37,148 nucleotides of DNA from Candidatus Hydrothermarchaeota archaeon (GTDB taxonomy: Archaea; CAYFZR01). The translations under genes were made by a program, and so were the position numbers. Numbering within the stretch: the stretch's first letter is position 1; every line of letters begins with the position of its first letter. Under the pieces are notes generated by a model. The model saw only the letters and a program-made list of their open reading frames with translations. It was not told the DNA's origin and did no database searches. The stretch covers positions 1-37,148 of the forward strand of contig JBHIEG010000019.1 in NCBI GenBank assembly GCA_046760505.1. The letters are read 5' to 3'. This document shows, piece after piece, positions 19,782 through 28,808 of the stretch.

Positions 19782-20669
19782 GTGAATATGTCATTTGATG
19801 CCGGGATATTATTTCAAGTTGTTTTTTGGGGTCTTTATGCTGGTTGTATTTATATACTCCTAGCCACAGGATTGACCATTATTTTTGGTGTTATGAAGAT
19901 AGTTAACTTTGCACACGGAGAACTGCTAATGCTAGGATCCTATGTAACATTCTGGGCTGTTACTTTGTTAGGAATCAACCCATATCTTGCTATGATATTC
20001 TCGATGATAACGCTAGGAATCCTAGGGATTGGAATTGAAAGACTTTGTTTCAGGCCAATTCTAGGTACAGGCAAGCTTAATGAAATTTTTCTGAGTTTAG
20101 GGTTGATTTTCTTCTTCCAAAATCTGGCTGCAAAGTTATGGGGCGCAGATTTTAGGAGCATACATAGTCCTTATGAGTCCATATTGATTCCCATAGGGTC
20201 CGCGAATCTTCCATTTGACTATCTGGTAATTATGATAGTTACTTCCTTTATACTTTTGATTCTTCACATTTTTCTTAAAAAAACTTCAATTGGAAGAGCA
20301 ATCCGGGCTACAAGTCAAAATAGGAAAGCCGCAATGCTCATGGGAATAAATGTAGAGCGCGTGGATATGCTTACCTTTGGTTTGGGCTCTGCATTGGCAG
20401 CCGCTGCGGGAAGTTTATGGGTTGTAGGGGGACTCTCGTTCAATCCTTACATGGGGACTACTCCAGCGATTAAGGCATTTGCAGTCATAATTCTGGGTGG
20501 ATTAGGAAGTATTCCAGGCGCTATAGCTGGTGGGCTTACATTAGGTCTTGCAGAGAATATAGCCGCTTACTTAGGGGGCGGTGCTTGGAAAGACGCAACA
20601 TCTTTCGCTATTTTAATTGCTGTACTGGTAATAAGACCGACCGGCATATTTGGTGAGAGGGAGGAATGA
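19782..20669 (+). CDS. livH: Branched-chain-type ABC transporter permease
   Basis: GLTIIFGVMKIVNFAHGE, GRAIRATSQN, IILGGLGSIPGA, RPTGIFG. Confidence 0.92.
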   Translation: MNMSFDAGILFQVVFWGLYAGCIYILLATGLTIIFGVMKIVNFAHGELLMLGSYVTFWAVTLLGINPYLAMIFSMITLGILGIGIERLCFRPILGTGKLNEIFLSLGLIFFFQNLAAKLWGADFRSIHSPYESILIPIGSANLPFDYLVIMIVTSFILLILHIFLKKTSIGRAIRATSQNRKAAMLMGINVERVDMLTFGLGSALAAAAGSLWVVGGLSFNPYMGTTPAIKAFAVIILGGLGSIPGAIAGGLTLGLAENIAAYLGGGAWKDATSFAILIAVLVIRPTGIFGEREE

Positions 20670-21628
20670 TCTTTATGAAAATAGATAAGAGACTTTACCT
20701 GGGTTTAATGGCTCTTTTAACAGGACTCCTTGCACCCTTCATCACCAATATGAGTCCTCATATAATAAGAGTTCTGACCATAATGCTTATTTTCATCATG
20801 TTCTCAACTGCATGGAACCTATTGACATACTCAGGGCAAGCATCATTGGGTCACGCTGCATTTTTTGGTATTGGAGGATATACATCGGCTTTAATCGCAA
20901 AGAATTTAGGCCTGCCCCCTTTTTTTACCGTTTTGATTGGTGGGTTATTAGCAGGCATCGCGGGAATCCTAGTTGGACTTACATGCATTAGGTTAAGAGA
21001 ATGGTTTTTGGCCATGGTTACATTCGGTTTTGCGATAATTGCGCAACCTTTAGCAGGTATACAATTTGAGAGATGGACCGGGGGTTGGGATGGTATGTCT
21101 GCACCACGGTTTGTTGCGGCTTCAAATCCTCTTTACTACGTTTATGAATACTACATAATCCTCGCCTTTACCCTAGGGGTGATAATTTTAGCATATGTTA
21201 TAATGAAATCGAAAATCGGAATTGCATTTTCCGCGATTAGAGAAAACGAATTAGAGGCGAAAACCATAGGAATAGACGTTACAAAATATAAACTTCTTGC
21301 TTTTGCAATAAGTACATCAATAGCAGGAGTTGCAGGAGCCTTTCAAACCCATAATTTTTCTTACATAACTCCGGGGATATTTGGCATTGATATCTCTTTT
21401 TGGCCTGTAATTTACTGCATCAGCGGAGGGCTGAATACCCTGGAAGGTCCGATAATAGGTACAATAGTAATAACATTTATATGGGAGGGTCTTAAGACCC
21501 TGGGCTGGACATTTGAACGTTTTATCCTTATAGGCATTATATTGATACTGGTGGTCATATTTTTACCTAAGGGCTTTGTCTCTGTTTTAAAAAAACCTAA
21601 GGAAATAAAAACTTACATTCCAAGATAG
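20666..21628 (+). CDS. livM: Branched-chain-type ABC transporter permease
   Basis: GQASLGHAAFFGIGGY, TGGWDG, AIRENE, GPIIG. Confidence 0.92.
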   Translation: MIFMKIDKRLYLGLMALLTGLLAPFITNMSPHIIRVLTIMLIFIMFSTAWNLLTYSGQASLGHAAFFGIGGYTSALIAKNLGLPPFFTVLIGGLLAGIAGILVGLTCIRLREWFLAMVTFGFAIIAQPLAGIQFERWTGGWDGMSAPRFVAASNPLYYVYEYYIILAFTLGVIILAYVIMKSKIGIAFSAIRENELEAKTIGIDVTKYKLLAFAISTSIAGVAGAFQTHNFSYITPGIFGIDISFWPVIYCISGGLNTLEGPIIGTIVITFIWEGLKTLGWTFERFILIGIILILVVIFLPKGFVSVLKKPKEIKTYIPR

Positions 21629-22317
21629 GCTTCCTTTATGTGATCATTTTTCAGCAGTTCCTTTCCCTTTCCTTCCATGATGATTCTACCTGATTCTAGC
21701 ACATATCCTCTATCAGCAAGTTCTAGGGATTGGAACACGTTTTGTTCAGAAAGTAAAATTGTTACCCCTTCCCTATTAAGCCTCTCAAGCTGTCTATAGA
21801 CCTCATGAACCATTATGGGTGCCAGCCCGAGAGATGGCTCATCCAAAATGAGGAATTTGGGTCTTAACATTAAACTTCTTGCTATTGCCAGCATTTGTTG
21901 TTCTCCACCGCTCAGGGTACCAGCGAGCTGGTTTTTCCTTTCTTCTAGCACTGGAAAGATCTCAAAAACCCAATCAAGAATTTCTTTGACTTTCCGATCA
22001 TCTTTGATAGTGTATGCGCCCAAAAGGAGATTTTCTATTACTTTCAGGTTGGGAAAGAGGCTTCTACCCTCTGGAACTAAGGAAATTCCTTTTTTAACAA
22101 TGCTATAGGTTGGTAATTTGCTTATCTCTTCGTTGAGGAATTTTATTCGCCCGGTAGTAGGTTTAAGAATTCCCAGAAGAGTATTAATTATTGTGGTCTT
22201 CCCAGCGCCGTTGGACCCTATTATGGAGACAACTTCTCCCTCGTAAACTCTGAATGAAACGCCCCAGAGGACCTGAATGTTGCCGTAGTGTACATCTATG
22301 TTCTCGACCTCTAACAA
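21613..22317 (-). CDS. livF: Branched-chain-type ABC transporter ATPase
   Basis: GSNGAGKTT, VPEGR, AGTLSGGEQQMLAIAR, LDEPSLGLAP, EQN. Confidence 0.94.
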   Translation of the reverse strand: MLEVENIDVHYGNIQVLWGVSFRVYEGEVVSIIGSNGAGKTTIINTLLGILKPTTGRIKFLNEEISKLPTYSIVKKGISLVPEGRSLFPNLKVIENLLLGAYTIKDDRKVKEILDWVFEIFPVLEERKNQLAGTLSGGEQQMLAIARSLMLRPKFLILDEPSLGLAPIMVHEVYRQLERLNREGVTILLSEQNVFQSLELADRGYVLESGRIIMEGKGKELLKNDHIKEAYLGM

Positions 22318-22344
22318 ATTTAATTCCTCCGAATCCGAGTCAAT

Positions 22345-23082
22345 TCACCATAAAAATCTCTCTCCCAAGTAGGATTCAATAACTCTCTCATCAGTAGAAA
22401 CCTCCTTTGGAGTTCCCTCCGCTATCTTTTCTCCCTGGCTAAGTACTACTATTCTATCCGAAACTCCCATGATTATCCTCATTATGTGCTCAATCATAAG
22501 TATTGTGATGCCTCTCTTCCGTATTTTGTGAATTAACTTCACAGCACTGGCTCCTTCCGTAGGATTTAATCCTGTCGTGACTTCATCTAAGAGCATGAGA
22601 TCAGGATCTGTTGCTAATGCTCTTGCCAGTTGAATGCTTTTCAACTCAACAAAGTTTAAGTTACCTACCGGAAGATCGACCTTTTCGTTTGGAAATCCTA
22701 TAAATTCTAAGATCTCGTAGGCTCTTTCTCTTGCTTCTTCCTTACTGATTTCCTCAGATCTTCCAAAAAGGGATCCCAACATAACGTTTTCAATAGCACT
22801 CATCTCCGTAAATGTCTGAACTGACTGAAAAGTTCTTGCAATTCCTTTTTTACAGATCTGATTTGGCTTCAGTCCGCTGATTTTTTCTCCCTTAAACAAT
22901 ACCTCGCCTGAATCAGGCCGGTATATTCCGCTTATTATGTTCACCAACGTAGTCTTGCCTGCGCCATTTGGTCCTACTAGTCCGATTATTTCTCCCTCAT
23001 TTATTTTGAGGGAAACATTGTTTACAGCTATAAGTCCACCAAACCTCTTTGTAACACCTTTAACTTCGAGCAACCAGCGCAC
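22345..23082 (-). CDS. livG: Branched-chain-type ABC transporter ATPase
   Basis: KRFGGL, GPNGAGKTT, GIARTFQ, LLDE, IEH, V-x-x-x-YLG. Confidence 0.93.
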   Translation of the reverse strand: MRWLLEVKGVTKRFGGLIAVNNVSLKINEGEIIGLVGPNGAGKTTLVNIISGIYRPDSGEVLFKGEKISGLKPNQICKKGIARTFQSVQTFTEMSAIENVMLGSLFGRSEEISKEEARERAYEILEFIGFPNEKVDLPVGNLNFVELKSIQLARALATDPDLMLLDEVTTGLNPTEGASAVKLIHKIRKRGITILMIEHIMRIIMGVSDRIVVLSQGEKIAEGTPKEVSTDERVIESYLGERFLW

Positions 23083-23247
23083 CTTTCTTCAAAATTTACT
23101 AACTTAAAATAAAAAATTTTCTGTGCATTTCATTTGGAGAATAATCTTTTTTTAGCCCTACTTTTAATTCAGAATACATGAGCCAGAGCATTTTTCTGCG
23201 TGAAGTTTACATATGTGATCTTAAGAAGTTAGGAAGGGGAAGAGAAA

Positions 23248-25068
23248 ATGGCAAGACCAGACATTTTGAATGGGGAAACTGGAGAGAAGGTATTTTTGCT
23301 TGGAAATGAGGCAATAGCAAGAGGCGCTATTGAGGCTGGCGTAAAAGTTGTGGCTTCATATCCCGGGACTCCGTCTTCTGAAATTCTCGAATCAATAGCA
23401 CGCGTAGCCAAGGAACTCAATATCCACGCTGAGTGGAGTGTGAATGAAAAAGCTGCCTTAGAAATTGCTGCCGGCGCCTCATATTCTGGAGTAAGGGCGA
23501 TGGCATCAATGAAACACGTTGGAGTTAACGTTGCATTGGATGCCCTAGTTACACTCGCCTATACAGGCGTTAGAGGTGGACTGGTTATCGTTTCGGCCGA
23601 TGATCCTTCTGCTCATAGCTCACAAAACGAGCAGGACAATAGACTCATTGCAAGATTTGCCAAAATATTTTGCCTCGAGCCTTATGACCCACAGAGCGCT
23701 AAGGATTACACTAAAAAAGCCTTTGAAATTTCAGAGAGATTCGAAATACCTGTTATGCTCAGAACAACCACAAGGGTAAGTCATGCGAGAGGAGACGTAG
23801 AGTTCGGTGAAGTTATCCACCAAAAAAAGGCAAATTTTAAGAAAGATCCTAAGAGATTTGTTTGCGTGCCAGCACATTCCAGACCGCTTCATGCAAATCT
23901 TAACAAAAAACTTAAGGACATGGAGAAATATTCAGAGGAAAGCGAGCTCAATTACTCAGAAATCAACGATAAACTTGGTGTTATCTCGTCTGGTGTTTCT
24001 AGGAACTATGTGAGAGAAGCTCTCCATCTACTAGGATTAAAGGCATCTGTATTCGAAATAGGTATAACCCACCCCCTTCCAAGGAAAAGGCTTATAGATT
24101 TTCTGAACAATGTTGAAAGAGTTTTGATTGTCGAAGAACTCGAACCTTACATCGAAGAATATGTAAAATCCCTTGGTACCGGAATTAAGATAGATGGTAA
24201 ATCTCTATTGCCAAGAGAATTCGAATTAAGCGTGGATATAGTCAAAAAAGCCATATCCGGTTTAGTAGGCATAAGCCATAAGGAGAGTAAAATAGATGTA
24301 ATTGATATCCCCTCAAGACCTCCTGTAATGTGTGCAGGATGCCCGCACAGGGCTGTTTTCTACGCTCTAAAGAAAATAACAAAGAAGAAGATTTATTCCG
24401 GTGATATAGGGTGCTATACCTTGGGTGTATCAGAGCCTCTAAAGACTATAGACACCTGTCTATGCATGGGCGCTGGAATAAGTCTCGGAGCAGGATTGTA
24501 TCACGCTGGAGTAGAAGATAAAATTGTAGCAATAATCGGAGATTCAACATTTTTACATGCAGGAATGACAGGTTTGCTAAACGCGGTATACAACAATGCA
24601 AACATTACCATCGTCATATTGGATAATATGGGCTCTGCCATGACCGGGCACCAGCCCCACCCGGCGGTTGGAGTTACCGCAACCGGAGAAAAAACTTTTA
24701 AGGTAGATTTCGAGCAGATTGCAAAGGCGCTTGGTGCAGGTTTTGTTGCAAAAATAAAACCATTTGATCTCGAAGATTCTATAGAAACCCTTAGAAAGGC
24801 ATTAGATTTTAATGGCGTTTCAGTGGTCATCGCAGAAGAGCCCTGTGCATTGGTAGCGAAAAAGCTTAACCTGTGGAAGAGCCCTTATCGTGTTGATAGA
24901 GATAAATGCGATGGATATCTCTGCCATGAATGTAGAGCATGTGTATTTTTGATCGACTGTCCAGCGATAAATTGGGAAAATGGGAAGGCAAAAGTAATAA
25001 GGGAACTTTGTAGTGGATGCGGCTTGTGCTTCAAGATATGTCCAAACAATGCGTTTGTGGTGGATTAA
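23248..25068 (+). CDS. iorA: Indolepyruvate:ferredoxin oxidoreductase alpha subunit
   Basis: LGNEAIARGA, YPGTPSSE, MKHVGVNVA, SSQNEQD, CAGCPHR, GDIGCY, GDSTFLHAG, C-terminal ferredoxin. Confidence 0.96.
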   Translation: MARPDILNGETGEKVFLLGNEAIARGAIEAGVKVVASYPGTPSSEILESIARVAKELNIHAEWSVNEKAALEIAAGASYSGVRAMASMKHVGVNVALDALVTLAYTGVRGGLVIVSADDPSAHSSQNEQDNRLIARFAKIFCLEPYDPQSAKDYTKKAFEISERFEIPVMLRTTTRVSHARGDVEFGEVIHQKKANFKKDPKRFVCVPAHSRPLHANLNKKLKDMEKYSEESELNYSEINDKLGVISSGVSRNYVREALHLLGLKASVFEIGITHPLPRKRLIDFLNNVERVLIVEELEPYIEEYVKSLGTGIKIDGKSLLPREFELSVDIVKKAISGLVGISHKESKIDVIDIPSRPPVMCAGCPHRAVFYALKKITKKKIYSGDIGCYTLGVSEPLKTIDTCLCMGAGISLGAGLYHAGVEDKIVAIIGDSTFLHAGMTGLLNAVYNNANITIVILDNMGSAMTGHQPHPAVGVTATGEKTFKVDFEQIAKALGAGFVAKIKPFDLEDSIETLRKALDFNGVSVVIAEEPCALVAKKLNLWKSPYRVDRDKCDGYLCHECRACVFLIDCPAINWENGKAKVIRELCSGCGLCFKICPNNAFVVD

Positions 25069-25069
25069 A

Positions 25070-25669
25070 ATGAAAACAGGCTCGAAGACAGATATATTAA
25101 TAGCAGGCGTAGGTGGACAGGGAATACTTCTTACCGCAAACATGATAGGTCGCACAGCGGTAAAGATGGGTTTCAAAGTTAGAGGCGCTGAAACCCATGG
25201 CATGGCCCAAAGGGGGGGGAGCGTGGTTTCCCATATCAGAATCGGAAATATCGCAAGTCCGCTCATTCCTCAAGGGGAATGTGACTTTATGCTTGGTTTC
25301 GAGCCTGTCGAAGCGCTTAGAAACGTCTATTTTTTGAATAAAAACGCTAAGGCAATAGTTAATAGAGAAATGATCCCGCCTGCATCACTAAGAGACCCGT
25401 GGAAGTATCCAAGGTTAGAGGATGTGATTAAAAATCTCTCCGAATACTGCGAGTTAATTCTCCTAGATGCATCGTCTATTGCTTCAAAAACAGGAAATCC
25501 ACTCTTCATAAACATGGTCATGCTTGGAGCACTTTCCTTATTTCTGGAGTCTATCATCCCTGAAGAGAAACTCAGGGAAACGATAGAAGAAATAATACCA
25601 AAAAAGACGGTTGATGCTAACCTAAAGGCCTTTGACCTCGGAAGAGAAGAGGTGAGAAAAAAACTCTGA
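25070..25669 (+). CDS. iorB: Indolepyruvate:ferredoxin oxidoreductase beta subunit
   Basis: AGVGGQG, ETHGMAQRGGSV, N-x-V-MLGA, NLKAF. ATG 25070 directly follows the iorA stop. Confidence 0.95.
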   Translation: MKTGSKTDILIAGVGGQGILLTANMIGRTAVKMGFKVRGAETHGMAQRGGSVVSHIRIGNIASPLIPQGECDFMLGFEPVEALRNVYFLNKNAKAIVNREMIPPASLRDPWKYPRLEDVIKNLSEYCELILLDASSIASKTGNPLFINMVMLGALSLFLESIIPEEKLRETIEEIIPKKTVDANLKAFDLGREEVRKKL

Positions 25670-25678
25670 GGTATCTTT

Positions 25679-26773
25679 ATGGTGACAGCGTTTGTAGGGC
25701 TTCCCTGTCAGATTCAAGCGTTGAAAAAGGCTAATATCATGTTAAATAAGTTCAAGGATACTTTTTCAATTGGACTCTTCTGCAGGGAAAACTGGTGCTA
25801 CTCTTGCATGCGCGCGTTAGTGGAAGGAGACCATGGCATAGACCTCAGTTCTGTTAAAAAGTTCGAGATAAAAGGAAACAGTATGCTAATAAGCTATAAC
25901 AGAGAGGTAATTGAGATACCACTATCCGAATCAAGGCCATATGTAAGATTATGCTGCCAAGTTTGCTTAGATTTTTCTTCTGAACTTTCAGACGTTTCCG
26001 TAGGATCATTAGGCTCGCCTAACGGCTGGTCAACCCTTATTCTACGAACAGACTATGGAATTAAAATAGTGGAGGGCGCAAAAAAAGAGGGTTACATCGA
26101 AGTAAGATCAATAAAAGATTCCGGAATCAGATCAATACGTAATATATCCCGAGAAAAAAAGGAAGAAAGTCTAAAAGAGGCTAAAGTGATGGAAAAGAGT
26201 GGAATAAATGTTCCTCACATCCTTACGAAGGATGATATAGATCTGGAAGATTTTAAATACTATTCTAAAGATAAAAATTTTTCTGATTTGGAATTTAATG
26301 TCGTAGATAATGGCTTCTGCGTTTCATGCGGTACATGCGCTGCTATTTGCCCATATGACGTCCTCGAATTGCCCAATGAAAGACCTCGTTTATTAAAAGC
26401 ATGTCCAAGTGGATGCAACCTTTGTTATCTCGCTTGTCCAAGAACCTCTTTCCAGATACCTGCAATAGAAGAGAAAATTGAATTTGCCTCTAGAATCAGG
26501 GATGAAGACCTTGGTTATTATGCAAAAATCCTAGCAGCAAGAACCAAGGTTAGTTCCATTAAAGGACAGGACGGCGGCGTAGTGACCTCTCTCTTAATGT
26601 ATGCTTTAGACTCAGGGCTGATAGAAAGTGCAGTTACCGTAACTCATGGAGACATGCCTTGGAAACCAAAGGCTACAATCGTAAAAAATAAGATAGAACT
26701 GCTCAAAACTTCTGGAAGTATTTACTCGGTGTCCACTACAATGCAGAGTTTAAGAGACTCTTTTATTAAATAA
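25679..26773 (+). CDS. FrhB/FdhB-family (F420-interacting) flavo-iron-sulfur protein with circularly permuted domain order
   Basis: Starts with C-domain motifs (VGLPCQ, IGLFC, CxxCxDF, DVSVGSLGSP-x-GWS), then a 2x[4Fe-4S] ferredoxin (from aa 214), then the N-domain (QDGGVVT at aa 297, GSIY). Confidence 0.88.
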   Translation: MVTAFVGLPCQIQALKKANIMLNKFKDTFSIGLFCRENWCYSCMRALVEGDHGIDLSSVKKFEIKGNSMLISYNREVIEIPLSESRPYVRLCCQVCLDFSSELSDVSVGSLGSPNGWSTLILRTDYGIKIVEGAKKEGYIEVRSIKDSGIRSIRNISREKKEESLKEAKVMEKSGINVPHILTKDDIDLEDFKYYSKDKNFSDLEFNVVDNGFCVSCGTCAAICPYDVLELPNERPRLLKACPSGCNLCYLACPRTSFQIPAIEEKIEFASRIRDEDLGYYAKILAARTKVSSIKGQDGGVVTSLLMYALDSGLIESAVTVTHGDMPWKPKATIVKNKIELLKTSGSIYSVSTTMQSLRDSFIK

Positions 26774-26975
26774 GTAGATAGATTGTGCTTTTTGGTTAAA
26801 TCTCATTTCAAGAGGGTTATGTTAACTATCTTTCAACACATAAATTCTAAAATAAATATAAATTTAATGTAAAATTAATAGAGAAAACAGCAAGATATTT
26901 ATGAATTTAATCACAAACTATTTTTAAGAGATTGTTAATACAATCTCAAAAAAAACAAAATTTAAAAAGGAGGTT

Positions 26976-27305
26976 GTGGCCTTGGGAGAAGAATGGTGGA
27001 AAATTCCAAGTCCAAGTTTCACATTCCTAGTCGCTTTATTAGTTGGCTTACTCGGAGGAAAATTATTTACCAGCCTTACGGCAGCAACAATCAGCATTCC
27101 TCTGAGCGTAAGTACAAATATTCATGGTCTCGTATTTAAGACGGTTATACTTTTTGTATACGGTGCTCTTTTCGTTTTCCTATTTGGAGGTCATGAAAAA
27201 GAGGAAATATACTTGTTTATAAGAAACTTAAAGCCAACGATCCTTCACGGAGCAATATTAGGTATCGTTCCAATAATCGTGCCTGTCATCATTGGTCTGC
27301 TTTAA
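26976..27305 (+). CDS. Small hypothetical membrane protein (about 3 TM)
   Basis: RBS AGGAGGT before GTG; hydrophobic segments; 27 bp upstream of the Rieske gene. Confidence 0.75.
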   Translation: MALGEEWWKIPSPSFTFLVALLVGLLGGKLFTSLTAATISIPLSVSTNIHGLVFKTVILFVYGALFVFLFGGHEKEEIYLFIRNLKPTILHGAILGIVPIIVPVIIGLL

Positions 27306-27332
27306 CGCCTACAAAATTCAGGGAGGAATTAC

Positions 27333-27818
27333 ATGGCTAGAAAAGGGATAACCCGAAGATACTTCCTGTATTTACTTGGAGGCGGTGCCATTGCATCGTA
27401 TGCAATGGCTTTTACGGGTGCTTTAATAAAATTTGCTTGGTCACCAAAGTTACGAGCAACGGCATCCCAAAGTGAAGTTGAAATTGCAAAATCTGGAGAA
27501 ATTCCGGTAGGTGAAGCAAAGCTTTTCAAGTTCCAGGGTAAGCCCTCTATACTCATCCATCTAAGCGATGGCTATTATGCATTTGGAGCAGTTTGCACGC
27601 ATCTTGGCTGTGTTGCCAAATGGAAAGATCTGGAAAACAACGAGGTCATATACTGTCCGTGCCACATAGGAAAAATAGACCCAAGAACTGGAGAGGTTCT
27701 TGCAGGTCCAATACCAAGCCCATATCCTAAAATAATTATCGAAGAAAAGGAAGGGGCTATATTCGCCAAGGGATGGAAAGATCCCGAGTACGTTAAATCG
27801 CTCCCCATGTATGCATAA
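27333..27818 (+). CDS. Rieske [2Fe-2S] protein with Tat signal/anchor (QcrA/PetC-like)
   Basis: TRRYFL twin-arginine motif, TM helix, CTHLGC and CPCH boxes, GP-x-P-x-P; RBS GGAGG. Confidence 0.93.
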   Translation: MARKGITRRYFLYLLGGGAIASYAMAFTGALIKFAWSPKLRATASQSEVEIAKSGEIPVGEAKLFKFQGKPSILIHLSDGYYAFGAVCTHLGCVAKWKDLENNEVIYCPCHIGKIDPRTGEVLAGPIPSPYPKIIIEEKEGAIFAKGWKDPEYVKSLPMYA

Positions 27819-27944
27819 ACCAAACCTTTTTATTTTTTTAAATCTTAAAGTATTTTGAAATAATCGTAAAAAATATCTCAATTTTGGTTCAAAAAAAGAA
27901 AAATTGATAGTATAAGAGATAGAAATTAGTTATTGGGAATTGAA

Positions 27945-28049
27945 ATGGCAATAAATGGGAAATATTTTGTTCTTGGCTTAGCAGGATTGGCAATGGTAAC
28001 GTACGCCCTTGCTTTAACAGGCATCCTCATAAGATTTCTGTTTACCTGA
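27945..28049 (+). CDS. 34-aa single-TM microprotein paralogous to the Rieske anchor helix (not in ORF track)
   Basis: Hand translation MAINGKYFVLGLAGLAMVTYALALTGILIRFLFT; 13/26 ungapped identities to the Rieske N-terminal anchor; followed by a T-rich tract. Confidence 0.7.
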   Translation: MAINGKYFVLGLAGLAMVTYALALTGILIRFLFT

Positions 28050-28089
28050 AAGAGTCAATTTAAATTTATTTTATTTTTTATCAATCTTT

Positions 28090-28362
28090 TTAACTCGTTC
28101 TTGTTTTGTTAAATAGTTCCTCCCCATCTTCTGTTAATCTATAAAACTTAATTCTCTTAAAATCTGATTCAACCTCTTCTATCAGTCCTTCTCTCTTTAA
28201 AAGTTCTATTTCATACTTTACGGTACCCCATTGCATGCCTATTCTGTTAGAAATCTGGTTTATATTTAATAGGCCATAATCTGAGTTTTTCAAGGCCCTC
28301 AAAATATTGATTCTTGTCGACCCACCTCCGCTTATAAGAAGTGTCAATTTTGACTTGGTCAA
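28090..28362 (-). CDS. Winged-helix (ArsR-like) transcriptional regulator, paralog 1
   Basis: GG-x-TR-x-x-IL-x-AL, NQIS...WGTVKYEIELLKREGLIEEV, YRLTEDG. Confidence 0.88.
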   Translation of the reverse strand: MTKSKLTLLISGGGSTRINILRALKNSDYGLLNINQISNRIGMQWGTVKYEIELLKREGLIEEVESDFKRIKFYRLTEDGEELFNKTRTS

Positions 28363-28488
28363 ATCGACTCCCCCATCACATCTTGTATAAATTGTAATTA
28401 ATTTTAATACAATTTCACACTCATTTTATATAAATTTTGTTATTACAAATTTTACAAGTTTAATTAGGGCATGTATAAAAGATTTTTA

Positions 28489-28575
28489 ATAAGCGAGTTA
28501 TAATGGAGCTTCTTTTATTATAAGCGGCTTATATTTTTTCTTAAAAATAAAAAAAGTCAAATATAACAAAGTTAT
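28489..28575. promoter_or_regulatory. Three copies of a 13-bp ATAA-N5-TTAT palindrome (candidate operator)
   Basis: ATAAGCGAGTTAT (28489), ATAAGCGGCTTAT (28520, extends to TATAAGC-G-GCTTATA), ATAACAAAGTTAT (28563). Confidence 0.55.
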
Positions 28576-28586
28576 TTTTGTGATGT

Positions 28587-28751
28587 ATGAAAAAGAAACG
28601 CTGTGCGGTGTGTGGCGAAGTGGTCGGAAGAAGAACTGGTACCCACTATGCCAATAGGCTCATTCATAAGCGATGTGTGGGCATGGCTATCATAATTCAG
28701 AAGTGTCAAATGACAAGAAAAGGTGATCTTACTCTCACGTATACGTTATAA
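28587..28751 (+). CDS. 54-aa CxxC-x17-HxxC zinc-finger microprotein (not in ORF track)
   Basis: Hand translation MKKKRCAVCGEVVGRRTGTHYANRLIHKRCVGMAIIIQKCQMTRKGDLTLTYTL; a GC-richer stretch within an AT-rich spacer. Confidence 0.65.
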   Translation: MKKKRCAVCGEVVGRRTGTHYANRLIHKRCVGMAIIIQKCQMTRKGDLTLTYTL

Positions 28752-28808
28752 GACCTGATACCATCACACATCATTCAACAATGTCTATGAATCCAAAATA
28801 AAACTCAT

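Noticed and set aside
25013-25069. Longer iorB start given by the ORF track
   Set aside because: It overlaps the iorA ferredoxin domain; ATG 25070 fits the family.
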